Positions 26,270 to 35,860 are shown, counted from the stretch's first letter. The stretch: 64,000 nucleotides of DNA from a virus (IMGVR_UViG_3300045988_112318:40829-104828); one strand, 5' to 3'. Numbers and translations are program-made. Notes: generated by a model from the sequence alone, not told the origin.

Positions 26270-27106
26270 ATGAGCACAAGTAAAGAATACAAGGCAGTAA
26301 GGAACTATATATTAAATGAACTTCACCTTACCAAAGAAGATATAATCAAAAACATAGAGCCATTATTGGAAAAACTCGTAAAACAGTGTATGCTTAATAC
26401 ATACGGAGGAAACAATCAGATAGAACATTGGATCAGATGTATGGTAGCAGATGAGCTTAAACAAAGAGATTATGATTTTGTAAGAAGAATATGTAAGGAG
26501 GTTATAAAAGATCATGTGTTGAATGGGTTGAACATAATTGTAAGTCCCAAAAATGAAAGATGCGTATGTGAAAATAGAGTACCATCAAAAAAAGATGGTT
26601 TGTATCTAATCTACGGAAATGGACACGCTGAGCCGTTTACCGGCGATAACTCCAAAGATTGTGTACGATACATTGGGTTGAAGCACAGATACATGTCATT
26701 TGCAATCTCACTGACGGAGCATGATATCGTACAATTGCTTGACGATGATAGCCGTGAAGAATCCGGAAGTGGGACATATTACGAACGTGAATGTGATGCG
26801 CTGTTTGACATTGACGGACGCGGCAATACGGAACGCCTTGTAGCCAGAAATCCAAAATTGAGAAATCTGCTGGAAGATGGCGAGTATATACCATCTCTTG
26901 GTCAATTAAATTTAATGGCCCATTATATGGACGAACTAAACAAAGCATTCACTTATGTTTCGGCATCTCCCCTCTCCTCGACGTGGTATTGGTCCAGTAC
27001 TGAGAGCAGCCAGGCCGTCGCGTGGTACGTGGTCTTCTCCAGTGGCCTCACGGGCACCGGCAACAAGCACATCGGAGACATGGTTCGGACGGTAATTGAT
27101 TTTTAA
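26270..27106 (+). CDS. hypothetical protein with DUF1566/Fib_succ_major-like (C-type-lectin-like) C-terminal motif
   Basis: C-terminus STWYWSSTESSQAVAWYVVFSSGLTGTGNKHIGDMVRTVIDF resembles YWSSTe...AWyv.F..G.......vRcV; the C-terminal 150 nt are sharply GC-rich. Confidence 0.45.
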   Translation: MSTSKEYKAVRNYILNELHLTKEDIIKNIEPLLEKLVKQCMLNTYGGNNQIEHWIRCMVADELKQRDYDFVRRICKEVIKDHVLNGLNIIVSPKNERCVCENRVPSKKDGLYLIYGNGHAEPFTGDNSKDCVRYIGLKHRYMSFAISLTEHDIVQLLDDDSREESGSGTYYERECDALFDIDGRGNTERLVARNPKLRNLLEDGEYIPSLGQLNLMAHYMDELNKAFTYVSASPLSSTWYWSSTESSQAVAWYVVFSSGLTGTGNKHIGDMVRTVIDF

Positions 27107-27117
27107 AAAGGATTACA

Positions 27118-27924
27118 ATGATAACATCAGTAAAAATAAAAGACAATACAAAAACTCCATTTGAATATGTTTCGGATATAGAAGCATTTGAAAATGGCAG
27201 AGAATTTATTTTCAAGCCAGGAGTGAATGTAATTATAGGTAAAAACGGTAGCGGAAAATCAACCTTGCTTAACATCATATCAATGTATGCGTTATGCGAG
27301 AAATCCATGTGCTCTGAAATGCCGACCGAGGCACTGGATTTTCCACCTATATTTGATGACGATGATAAGGTTTTTGATGGGATTGACATATCATCCGATT
27401 ATGCAGGGAAAGTATTCCGTTTATTGCCATCGGCGGAGATGAATCGAGATAGCGTATTGAAAAACATCAGCAACTTAGATTTGTATGTGAATAATATTCG
27501 AAGATCTTATGGAGAGAAAGTGGTGTTATCATTGGAATCACTTTTCAATTTAATGTTCGGTCAAAAGGATTATACATTTCCAATACAAGATCTTGTAGAA
27601 TACAAGAAAAAATCAAATGCGTTTTGGATTAAAAGAATTGATAACCTGTTGAAGTATTATAAAAGAAACCGCATAGCATTAACAAAAAGCAGTTTTGAAT
27701 ACACGGTTCTCATGGATGAGCCAGACAGGAATCTTGATATTGATAACATAATGCAAATTTATAATGTATTGTCATTCCATAAACCACAAACACAAATTAT
27801 AGCCATAATACACAATCCGGCATTGATTTACAAGTTAAGCAAATTAGATTGTGTTAATTTCATAGAGATGACAGAAGGATATCTAAAGGATGTTGTCAAT
27901 TTCATAAGTGAAACAAATAAATGA
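27118..27924 (+). CDS. minimal ABC-type ATPase (AAA_21-like)
   Basis: Walker A GKNGSGKST, signature-like SYGEKVVLSL, Walker B VLMDEPDRNLD, H-loop IIHNP; no fused effector domain. Confidence 0.6.
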   Translation: MITSVKIKDNTKTPFEYVSDIEAFENGREFIFKPGVNVIIGKNGSGKSTLLNIISMYALCEKSMCSEMPTEALDFPPIFDDDDKVFDGIDISSDYAGKVFRLLPSAEMNRDSVLKNISNLDLYVNNIRRSYGEKVVLSLESLFNLMFGQKDYTFPIQDLVEYKKKSNAFWIKRIDNLLKYYKRNRIALTKSSFEYTVLMDEPDRNLDIDNIMQIYNVLSFHKPQTQIIAIIHNPALIYKLSKLDCVNFIEMTEGYLKDVVNFISETNK

Positions 27925-27930
27925 AAGAGG

Positions 27931-28284
27931 ATGAGAAAAGAACTGAAAATAATAGGATCAAGAGAACGGCACGTATTTACAGCGACATTCATTCGTTTTG
28001 GATTCAGGGATGGGTATAAAGGACCTGTAAAGACAATACTTTTACAAGACGTGTTACTCGATGATAAAATAGTAACAGATCATTTGTGGTTTGATTTGAC
28101 AAAAGGATTCGAAAGCGCCGATTTATTACCAGGCGACGTGGTTGAGTTTTGTGCAAGGGTTAGTATTTACGAGAAAGGATATAAAGGATATAGGAATGAC
28201 GTATTCGATAGGCCGATAGAAAAGGATTATCGATTGTCAAGACCAACAAAGATTAAAAAGATTGGGAAGAAATCAATAGATTGA
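27931..28284 (+). CDS. hypothetical protein
   Basis: 117-aa ORF 6 nt after the ATPase gene. Confidence 0.45.
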   Translation: MRKELKIIGSRERHVFTATFIRFGFRDGYKGPVKTILLQDVLLDDKIVTDHLWFDLTKGFESADLLPGDVVEFCARVSIYEKGYKGYRNDVFDRPIEKDYRLSRPTKIKKIGKKSID

Positions 28285-28384
28285 CATACTACCGCGAACT
28301 TTAGGTGTGGGAGTATGTCAAAGAGATGACAGAAGGGCATCTTAGTAAAACTTGTATATTTGTGTCTAATTAATTAAAGGTGAG

Positions 28385-28699
28385 ATGAACTGGAAGAAAT
28401 TCAAAGAGGAAAAACCTTCAGAGGGAGAAGAAGTGTTGGCTTATCACCCAAGTTGGATAGATGAAGATTTCAACCCAAGAGGTATAAGAATAGGGTTTTG
28501 GAATGGAGGAGACGATTTTAAATCGGCTCATTGGTGGGATTATCAAGATTGTTATATCACAATCTCTCATTGTGATTGTGATGATAATTCTCTTTTCAGT
28601 GATAGAATAAAAAATAGCATAGAGCCAGAGTTATGGATATCACTTGATGTTATTACAAATTACTTACCTGATATAAAACAAAATCACTTATCACAATGA
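28385..28699 (+). CDS. hypothetical protein
   Basis: 104-aa ORF. Confidence 0.45.
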   Translation: MNWKKFKEEKPSEGEEVLAYHPSWIDEDFNPRGIRIGFWNGGDDFKSAHWWDYQDCYITISHCDCDDNSLFSDRIKNSIEPELWISLDVITNYLPDIKQNHLSQ

Positions 28700-29079
28700 G
28701 CTATTTTATATTAATGGGAAGAAGAATCCCCAAGCAAGCCATAACAGGCTTCAAATTTCAAAATGAAACAGATAACATTCGTCCTTTCTTGTCAATCAGG
28801 ATAAGGGGAAAGGACGAAATTATACCTTTCAAAGATAAAAAGGAGATACAGTCTGTAAAAGCGCATCTGTGTTCTATCTTTTCTGGGTTTGTAAAAATAG
28901 GTGACTGGTATCTCAAGATGTCGGAAGTTAAGGAATATAAGCCGGTGACTGCCGAAGATATGAACCCCTACATCTTGTTTAAGACATCTAAGTTTGGAAA
29001 TATAAAAGTTCGTTTCCCGAAAGATGAAGATATGGATGCCGAATTATTGGTGTTAGATCAACTTTTTGATGTAGAATGA
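28696..29079 (+). CDS. hypothetical protein
   Basis: 127-aa ORF, overlapping start. Confidence 0.45.
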   Translation: MSYFILMGRRIPKQAITGFKFQNETDNIRPFLSIRIRGKDEIIPFKDKKEIQSVKAHLCSIFSGFVKIGDWYLKMSEVKEYKPVTAEDMNPYILFKTSKFGNIKVRFPKDEDMDAELLVLDQLFDVE

Positions 29080-29103
29080 ATTATTAATCATCTTTTAAAA
29101 ATC

Positions 29104-29355
29104 ATGACCTGGAAAGAATTGAAAGACAAAATATCTCTTATGACAGAAGAAGAGCAACAGAAAGAAGTTGCAGTCTGGGGAGAAAATATGAATCTAATGA
29201 AAGATTGTTCCTTGGAGAAAACAGACGAGGATATGTACTACAACTCTGAATGGGATTATACTTGTGAAGAGAGTGAATTGGAACCGGAAGACAAGAATGA
29301 CCCTGATGTACATAAGGTATATGAAGCAGGAATGTATTATATTTATTCGAATTGA
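29104..29355 (+). CDS. hypothetical acidic protein
   Basis: 83-aa ORF. Confidence 0.4.
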   Translation: MTWKELKDKISLMTEEEQQKEVAVWGENMNLMKDCSLEKTDEDMYYNSEWDYTCEESELEPEDKNDPDVHKVYEAGMYYIYSN

Positions 29356-29373
29356 TTTTAAAAAGATCTGATT

Positions 29374-30120
29374 ATGGCAGCATTAACAACACTAAATATA
29401 ACGGAAAAGAACGCTAATAACAGTTTGTCTGTAACTGCTAAAGTGAATGTCACCAAAGAAGGAGTGTTTACCACTACCTTGTCAAAAGAAGATGTGGACA
29501 AGATTCATTCTTATGGGATCAAATTACCTACAAACAGATTAGGCAACGAAGGATATTTCAATAGTATAGCACTTTCTGATTTGGAAAGTCAAATCAGGGA
29601 AGTTCTGAAGAGATGTTTGAGTTATAAAATAGTAGAAGAAGTGCCTGTTATTAAGTATCAACTGGAAACGAATTGCGTGTTTTCCTATGACAAAAACGGA
29701 AATATTGTCCCTAACCCCTCTAAGGAATGGACAGGAGGCGATGAAAATGGAAAATGGAGAGATGGAACTTCCCGTTTAGATGCCTTAAACACCCAACCTT
29801 TCGGTTTTAGTGTTTATGCAAAACCATTTCTAAAAAGAGTAATTGAATATGGAAATGGAGAGACAAAAGTAGAATACGGCAGGTTAAATACAGAAAAAGG
29901 AACTTATGCGCACTGGCTGAATTGTGTAACGAGCATATCATACAATAGACATAAACAGGTAATGGAAGTGGAGTGTAACGAATGTACCTCGAAATTATTC
30001 GTTGATATGATCAAGTCCATTTGTAATATAAGCGAACAAGTTAAGAGTTTTGTCAATCCAGAACAAATAAAAGCAATTGCGGAGTCAAATGAACCGATTT
30101 TGCTTTTATCTAACAACTAA
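29374..30120 (+). CDS. hypothetical protein
   Basis: 248-aa ORF. Confidence 0.5.
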   Translation: MAALTTLNITEKNANNSLSVTAKVNVTKEGVFTTTLSKEDVDKIHSYGIKLPTNRLGNEGYFNSIALSDLESQIREVLKRCLSYKIVEEVPVIKYQLETNCVFSYDKNGNIVPNPSKEWTGGDENGKWRDGTSRLDALNTQPFGFSVYAKPFLKRVIEYGNGETKVEYGRLNTEKGTYAHWLNCVTSISYNRHKQVMEVECNECTSKLFVDMIKSICNISEQVKSFVNPEQIKAIAESNEPILLLSNN

Positions 30121-30273
30121 AAAATCATGAGGTATGTATGTGTTTTTATCTGCTTTCTGTTATGGCTTATTTTTACGTTGCTATTATCATTCACTGTCAT
30201 AGGATTGGTTATAAGCGTGAGTGATGAATGGCAGGAAATGGGTGATAAAATAATAGATAAACTTTAAAAATAA

Positions 30274-30558
30274 TTGAGCATGAGTAAATATACAGCAAAA
30301 CAAATTGCCGAGTCCGATGATCTGTTTGATAAGCAAATACATAAAGTCAGAAAGTTTTATTTGAGTCGTAATCCTGATAAAATGATGATGCTCGAAGAAA
30401 GAAAAGCTGTTATCAAAGAACGAAATAAAGGTCTTTCCCCAGAATATGATAAGGAATATTATTGCGGAACCTGCGGAGCTAAAGACGGTGCGGAGCATCC
30501 TAAAACCGGATATTGCTTTCACTGTGATACGGATAACTGGATTCCAAAAAATGACTAA
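30274..30558 (+). CDS. hypothetical protein with C-terminal zinc ribbon
   Basis: YYCGTCGAK...GYCFHCD. Confidence 0.4.
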   Translation: MSMSKYTAKQIAESDDLFDKQIHKVRKFYLSRNPDKMMMLEERKAVIKERNKGLSPEYDKEYYCGTCGAKDGAEHPKTGYCFHCDTDNWIPKND

Positions 30559-30577
30559 CAGCTAAAATAATCGAATT

Positions 30578-30829
30578 ATGACAGCCGAGAAGTTTAAATC
30601 TATTTGTGAATATAAAGGAATAACTTGGAATGATCTTGTCCGTATTAGGATTATCAGGCCAAAGAAATTTTTAGGATTCTTTAGGCAATTAACAGGTATA
30701 ACAATCGAAGGTGCATTCAATAGATGTTCTGCTTGTGTTGAAATAATGGCTAATGATGACAACGGTGTTTCAATGATGAACTATATTGATTACGAAGATA
30801 TTATAGGAGTTGAATTAATTAAAAATTAA
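30578..30829 (+). CDS. hypothetical protein
   Basis: 83-aa ORF. Confidence 0.4.
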   Translation: MTAEKFKSICEYKGITWNDLVRIRIIRPKKFLGFFRQLTGITIEGAFNRCSACVEIMANDDNGVSMMNYIDYEDIIGVELIKN

Positions 30830-31015
30830 AAATAATTGAGTGAACAGTTTGCAAAAATCAGTACGAATGCGTTGTTAGGATTATCAACATCCGCCACATA
30901 AGAACCATCTAATCCCGTAAATATCGTGATGCGTTGGTAGTATGTGTACAGATAGCAAGCAGGCGTTGGGATAAAGCATTTGGCAAACATTCACTCTAAA
31001 TAAGAAATAGTAGAT

Positions 31016-31471
31016 ATGAATACAGAATTTGAAAACATGGCTTTGCTGAATATAGAAGACTACAATGAGCTTAAAGCTAAAGCCGAAGCAACAGATGAGC
31101 AGATAAAGAAACAAGCCGAAGAAATGGCTAAGCCTGAAGTTGTCACATTGAAAGTGTGCTTTGATACATACGGATTATTATACAGGCCAAATACTTGTGT
31201 TGATGTTGAAATACCATTCTATGATGATGAAAAAATCAGAGATATGCTTAACAAAGCAAGTGCTGATATAATGAAATGGTGCGACAAAAATATGGTAAAA
31301 TACAACAAAGAACTCAAAGAATCCAAATCTACAAAAAAACATTGCGAAGGACTAAGAAAGCATATCGCAAATCTCGAAAGGCGCCTCTTAAAGCATGCAT
31401 TGGCAAACGTTATTTTATCTATTATATCAGTTGCGGCTATAATTGCTCTTTTCACATTAATTCAAAACTAA
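31016..31471 (+). CDS. coiled-coil protein with C-terminal transmembrane helix
   Basis: C-terminus ALANVILSIISVAAIIALFTLI is hydrophobic. Confidence 0.45.
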   Translation: MNTEFENMALLNIEDYNELKAKAEATDEQIKKQAEEMAKPEVVTLKVCFDTYGLLYRPNTCVDVEIPFYDDEKIRDMLNKASADIMKWCDKNMVKYNKELKESKSTKKHCEGLRKHIANLERRLLKHALANVILSIISVAAIIALFTLIQN

Positions 31472-31477
31472 ATAGAC

Positions 31478-31738
31478 ATGGAACAAGAATATGCTATTCC
31501 TCTTTTTAAAGCTGGTGCAGAGTGGCGCATTAACAGCGTGTGGCATTCTATAACAGTAATTCCAGATTGCCACCGTTTTATTGTGTTTCTCCCCAAGAAA
31601 TCAACAATAGGATCAAAGAGTCCAATTATGGGTATATTGGAAGAGAACAAAACTTTTATATCCAGCCGTCCAGGATGTATTTTATACAGATTAGATGAAA
31701 TGGAATCATGGGCTTATTTAGATGATCTATTACCTTAA
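31478..31738 (+). CDS. hypothetical protein
   Basis: 86-aa ORF. Confidence 0.4.
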   Translation: MEQEYAIPLFKAGAEWRINSVWHSITVIPDCHRFIVFLPKKSTIGSKSPIMGILEENKTFISSRPGCILYRLDEMESWAYLDDLLP

Positions 31739-32165
31739 AAACAGCATAAGCAATATGGAAAGCGAAAAGAAGAAAATATGTCCCAAATGCGGCTGCGAAG
31801 ATGGGTCGGGGCAAAATAATATACATAGCATGAATCCAGAACATTTTTGTAAATGTCCTATACGGTCTATTATGGAACGAGATGGAGTTTGCTATTCTTG
31901 TGCGTTTTGGATCAGACTATATGAAGAGAATAAGAATAATCCCAATTGGTTGATTATAGATGGAGAATCATGGATAGCTAATCCGTTTGTTCCCAATACA
32001 AACAACAAAACACGAAGATTCATGGGTATGGGAGGAAGAATGATGGAGGCTATTTCAAATGATGGGAGAAAAATCATTTCCAATGATTGGTGGCATCAAG
32101 GGAAAATCCCAGAAGAATTTAAGGATTTAATACCTGATAATGCCAAATGGGTAAAAATGAGTTAA
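31722..32165 (+). CDS. Cys-rich protein, dispersed paralog 1 (matches 51992..52480)
   Basis: CPKCGCEDG...C.CPIRSIMERDGVCYSCAFW...IDGESWIANPF...GMGGRMM...SNDWWHQG...FKDLIPDNAKW aligns along its whole length with the gene at 51992. Confidence 0.5.
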   Translation: MIYYLKNSISNMESEKKKICPKCGCEDGSGQNNIHSMNPEHFCKCPIRSIMERDGVCYSCAFWIRLYEENKNNPNWLIIDGESWIANPFVPNTNNKTRRFMGMGGRMMEAISNDGRKIISNDWWHQGKIPEEFKDLIPDNAKWVKMS

Positions 32166-32184
32166 GAAGAAAATATGAAAGGTT

Positions 32185-32388
32185 ATGACCGACAGAGAAC
32201 TTCTTGAAGAAAACAATAAGATGTTAAAGGAAATTCTAAGTTTTGTGAGAAAAGTTGATTCTGCTGAATACAGGGATCATCAAGACTTTATGGAATTTCT
32301 TAGAAATGTGGCGGCCGATATATGGGTAGAATATACGGAGCCTGAACAAAGAAGTAAGTTGTTTAATTTAATAAATAAAGAAAAATGA
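32185..32388 (+). CDS. hypothetical protein
   Basis: 67-aa ORF. Confidence 0.35.
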   Translation: MTDRELLEENNKMLKEILSFVRKVDSAEYRDHQDFMEFLRNVAADIWVEYTEPEQRSKLFNLINKEK

Positions 32389-33053
32389 AAACAGTTTTTG
32401 ATTTAAGCAGAGATGAGATTGTGGCATTGACAGACGAAGACATAAGTCTGTATATAGACAAAGAGCTTGCTAATAAAGGTATTCCAATTGAAGCTAAAAA
32501 CTGGAATATAAAGAACAAAAAAGAAGTCGTGTATCCAAGAACTGGAGTTCCGGTATTTATGTTAAAAGATATCGGCATCGGTTTTAGAACCATAGAAGGT
32601 GCAACTGAGGTGGCTAATTTGCTTGTCAAGTATAATGCATTTAAAACAGAATCGAGATATCTGGCAGGATCGTATGAACAGTTTTGGATCATGAAGGAGG
32701 GTGTTTGCCCGGCTGTTAAAGGAGAAACAGGATATAGCAAGGAAGAGTTTGATAAGATAGATGAGAAAAATAAAAACCCTGAATTGACAAGTATAAATAC
32801 CTTCAATGACACCGTGAAAAAAGCCAATGAAATTAAAGACAGGGTGTTGAAATACGTGTACAACATAAAACAAGAGCGTTCATATAACAATGACCTGGTT
32901 GGTATCTTTGAAAGGTATAAAGATATAGCAGACGGTGATATGGAGGTAGCTATGAATTTTATTAAGGAAGCCTATCCATTCAATGAAGAAACAGAGTCGT
33001 TTATCAGAAAAAAGTTTGACATGCCTATACCGGACGAATCAAAAGAGCAGTAA
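32385..33053 (+). CDS. hypothetical protein
   Basis: 222-aa ORF. Confidence 0.5.
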   Translation: MKTVFDLSRDEIVALTDEDISLYIDKELANKGIPIEAKNWNIKNKKEVVYPRTGVPVFMLKDIGIGFRTIEGATEVANLLVKYNAFKTESRYLAGSYEQFWIMKEGVCPAVKGETGYSKEEFDKIDEKNKNPELTSINTFNDTVKKANEIKDRVLKYVYNIKQERSYNNDLVGIFERYKDIADGDMEVAMNFIKEAYPFNEETESFIRKKFDMPIPDESKEQ

Positions 33054-33100
33054 TTAAGCTAAATTAAATCATTTTGAATCTTTTTTATTATCAAAAGACA

Positions 33101-33108
33101 TATCTTTG
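33101..33108 (+). promoter_or_regulatory. Bacteroidota -7 element (TAtcTTTG)
   Basis: Exact TAnnTTTG 20 nt upstream of the ATG at 33128. Confidence 0.45.
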
Positions 33109-33127
33109 CCCAAAAAAAACAAACATA

Positions 33128-33382
33128 ATGGAAGAAAAAGAGATAAAAGAAGCTATGATTGAAGCCCTGACGCACTTAGAGGGGTGTAAGTATTTCGTGG
33201 CTACGATAGTAAATGAAGAGGAAAGAAGATTTGATATGAGCCAAAGAATGTCACAGCATCAATTGGCGTTAGTTATAAAAGGTATCTTATCTAATAATGA
33301 GATGATGATGATGGACGTTTTGCAGTGGTGTTCTGAAAGATTTAAAAATAGTATAGAGAAAGGAAAGAAATCAACTAATTAA
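33128..33382 (+). CDS. hypothetical protein
   Basis: ORF-track 33074..33382 trimmed to the ATG at 33128 (MEEKEIKEAMIEAL), which lies downstream of the promoter motif. Confidence 0.45.
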   Translation: MEEKEIKEAMIEALTHLEGCKYFVATIVNEEERRFDMSQRMSQHQLALVIKGILSNNEMMMMDVLQWCSERFKNSIEKGKKSTN

Positions 33383-33393
33383 ATATTAATACA

Positions 33394-33864
33394 ATGAATC
33401 GCTGGTTTGAAATTACGGTAAAAGCCGAGATTGATAATATCGAGAACGGCAAAAAAAAGAAAGTAACTGAAAAGTATTTGGTGGATGCCTTGTCTTATAC
33501 AGAGGCAGAATCAAGATCGTTGGAGATCTTTAAGGATTTGTACAATTCTTTCGAGGTTGTAAAAATTAACCCTATTAAAGTGTCAGAAATCTTTTTCAAC
33601 GGAGAAGCTGAGTACTGGTATAAGTGCAAGGTGAATTACATTACACTGGATGAAAAGAAAGGTAAAGAAAAGAAAACGCCATGCTATATGTATGTCCAAG
33701 CCGGCAATCCTAAAGACGCCGAAGCTGTGTTGACTAAAGGTATGCAGGGTACGTTGGGAGACTGGAATTGCGAGTCTATTGCTGAAACAAAGATCATTGA
33801 AGTGTTTAAATACGATCTGCAAAAAGGTGTAGAAAAATTGGGAGAAAAGAAAACTGATGAGTGA
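33394..33864 (+). CDS. hypothetical protein (possibly DUF4494-like)
   Basis: MNRWFEITVKAEIDNIENGKKKKVTEKYLVDALSYTEAESR recalled from memory as a Bacteroidota-associated conserved family; weak. Confidence 0.4.
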   Translation: MNRWFEITVKAEIDNIENGKKKKVTEKYLVDALSYTEAESRSLEIFKDLYNSFEVVKINPIKVSEIFFNGEAEYWYKCKVNYITLDEKKGKEKKTPCYMYVQAGNPKDAEAVLTKGMQGTLGDWNCESIAETKIIEVFKYDLQKGVEKLGEKKTDE

Positions 33865-34087
33865 TGTTGTTTCCCGTGTAGCACTTGCGACGGCAATTGT
33901 ATTATTGGTAGTAGCAGGTGCTACTTTGTTGATAGTGATTAAGACCGAAGAGGTACCGAGATGGTTAATGAACTTACCATATACGTTATCTTTAACGGCA
34001 GTATCCTTTTCAATTATATCACTTGTATTGAAATATAGAGAGTGGAAAAGAAATTGTACGTCTGCGAAAGATGCGGACGAAAAGTGA
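33857..34087 (+). CDS. small membrane protein
   Basis: Two hydrophobic helices (VALATAIVLLVVAGATLLIVI; LSLTAVSFSIISLVL). Confidence 0.4.
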   Translation: MSDVVSRVALATAIVLLVVAGATLLIVIKTEEVPRWLMNLPYTLSLTAVSFSIISLVLKYREWKRNCTSAKDADEK

Positions 34088-34560
34088 TGATAAGAAGTCA
34101 TGGCTTATGCCAGGCTTGCAGGAGTAAAGAGTTGACTCCGAAGAAAAAAGACAGAATTACATCCATTAAAAACAGCAGCAAGAAGAAAAAGTTAGAGAAC
34201 CCGGATTTATCCGGGTTTTTTCGTCTTATGCTGGAAGAGTTAAATAATAGTCGGATGTCTATGACCGGTAAGGCTATTCATTTTCCTACAGTATGTAACG
34301 TCTGTCACATACTTCCGAAAAGGATATATAAGTCAGTTGCTACTTGCAGGGATAATATAGTTTTCCTTCATGAATCGGAGCATACGGTATTCGACATGTA
34401 TCTTGACCGGATGGAATTTGATAAACTTGAAACAGAATTTCCTTTTGTGTGGAAGTATGCGGTAAAGAAGGTACTGGATATGGAAAGCAGAGGAATGATC
34501 AAGGAAAGAGGTAGGTTGATTATTGAAATAATTGATAGGTATGATAGAAGAAAAGATTAA
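34042..34560 (+). CDS. zinc-ribbon protein (possible HNH-like)
   Basis: CERCGRK...CQAC at the N-terminus; CNVCHILPK...H..EH downstream. Confidence 0.4.
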   Translation: MEKKLYVCERCGRKVMIRSHGLCQACRSKELTPKKKDRITSIKNSSKKKKLENPDLSGFFRLMLEELNNSRMSMTGKAIHFPTVCNVCHILPKRIYKSVATCRDNIVFLHESEHTVFDMYLDRMEFDKLETEFPFVWKYAVKKVLDMESRGMIKERGRLIIEIIDRYDRRKD

Positions 34561-35860
34561 AATATTAATAGATTTAGGGTTTGTACCTATGGTGAAAGGA
34601 GAGGGAAATACGTTGTTTAGAATGAACGATGTTGTGATGTCGGTGTCAGATCCTAACCAAACACCAGAGCAGTTGAAGAAGGAGGTTATGTCTTTAATAA
34701 AGAACAGAGACATAGCAGAAAGAGGCGGACAGGTTCCAGTAGTTAAAGAGCCGGCGCCTGAGCCAGAGCCGGTCCAGAAGGAGGAACCGGAAGCTCAGGC
34801 GGAGGAAGCCGCTCCTAACCCTGGAGAAGAAGATTCGAATCCGTTTACAGAAAATCAGGAAACATTAGAGCCGTTTTATATCTGTGATGAGTTAAAGAAG
34901 ATTGAGACCCCCAAATTCGTAAGATTGACATTAGACGATAATCGTTTTTATGTAAGAAAGATGGATGATGGGACGGCTAAGATATATGCTTCGGTAACAA
35001 CTTTAATCAAAGATGGGTATGTAGATGATAAGACAGCACTTCAGGAATGGAAGCAAGAGATAAAGATGCTTGGTCGCAATCCAGAAGAGGTAGCGCAGTA
35101 TGAAGCCGATAAGGGAACGATCATGCACTACTTATACGGATTGTACCTAACAGGTAGAGATATGGTCTTAAATCGAAGCTTTGTGGTTAAGACAGTGCAA
35201 GAAGGCAAGCTGAAGATATCTAAGAAAAATCTTGATCGGTTCTTTAATAGCATAGATGATCTTGACGATATGATTGTCAGGGTCATGAAGTTTGCCAAAT
35301 TCTGTTCTGATTACAAGGTGAAACCGATGATGATAGAAAGAATCCTTTCTTTAGAGGATTACCTTGTAGCAACACCTATTGATGCGATGGTTAAAATGAC
35401 ATTCAAATACAAAGAAGAAGGTTATTTTGGAGCCGTGTATCAAAGGGCTACCGGACAGTTCAAAAAAGGTGATCCGAAGAAGGAAGTAAGAGAAGTGGAA
35501 AAAGAAGAAGTGGTCATTCTTGACTTTAAATCGGGAGGAATATGGGAATCATATGCATTCCAATTGGAAGCTGAAAGAAGAATGGTTAAAGCATGGTATG
35601 GCATTGATGCACGTATTATGAACTTTTCTCCAAAAAGCACGAGCAGTAAAGGATATACGCTGAAAGAATGGACAGAAGACAGTGTAGCACTTGAAAAGGC
35701 GGACTGTGTGTTCCAACAAGGTATGTTGAATCACCTTAGAAAAGATAAGAAATTCAAAGTGAGAAAAGGAGTGTTGAATATCAATAAACCATACAATGAA
35801 GAGGATCATACGGTTGTATATGATATTGCAGAGGAAATATCTAAAAGGTTCATGATATAA
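34532..35860 (+). CDS. PD-(D/E)xK family nuclease-like protein
   Basis: VVILDFKSGG (D/E-x-K) and QLEAERRMVKAWYG (RecB-family QxxxY motif); acidic P/E-rich N-terminal linker. Confidence 0.4.
   Translation: MIGMIEEKIKILIDLGFVPMVKGEGNTLFRMNDVVMSVSDPNQTPEQLKKEVMSLIKNRDIAERGGQVPVVKEPAPEPEPVQKEEPEAQAEEAAPNPGEEDSNPFTENQETLEPFYICDELKKIETPKFVRLTLDDNRFYVRKMDDGTAKIYASVTTLIKDGYVDDKTALQEWKQEIKMLGRNPEEVAQYEADKGTIMHYLYGLYLTGRDMVLNRSFVVKTVQEGKLKISKKNLDRFFNSIDDLDDMIVRVMKFAKFCSDYKVKPMMIERILSLEDYLVATPIDAMVKMTFKYKEEGYFGAVYQRATGQFKKGDPKKEVREVEKEEVVILDFKSGGIWESYAFQLEAERRMVKAWYGIDARIMNFSPKSTSSKGYTLKEWTEDSVALEKADCVFQQGMLNHLRKDKKFKVRKGVLNINKPYNEEDHTVVYDIAEEISKRFMI

Noticed and set aside
26940-27100. Diversity-generating retroelement variable region at the lectin-like C-terminus
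   Set aside because: No near-identical template repeat and no reverse transcriptase gene in the window. The composition shift alone is insufficient.
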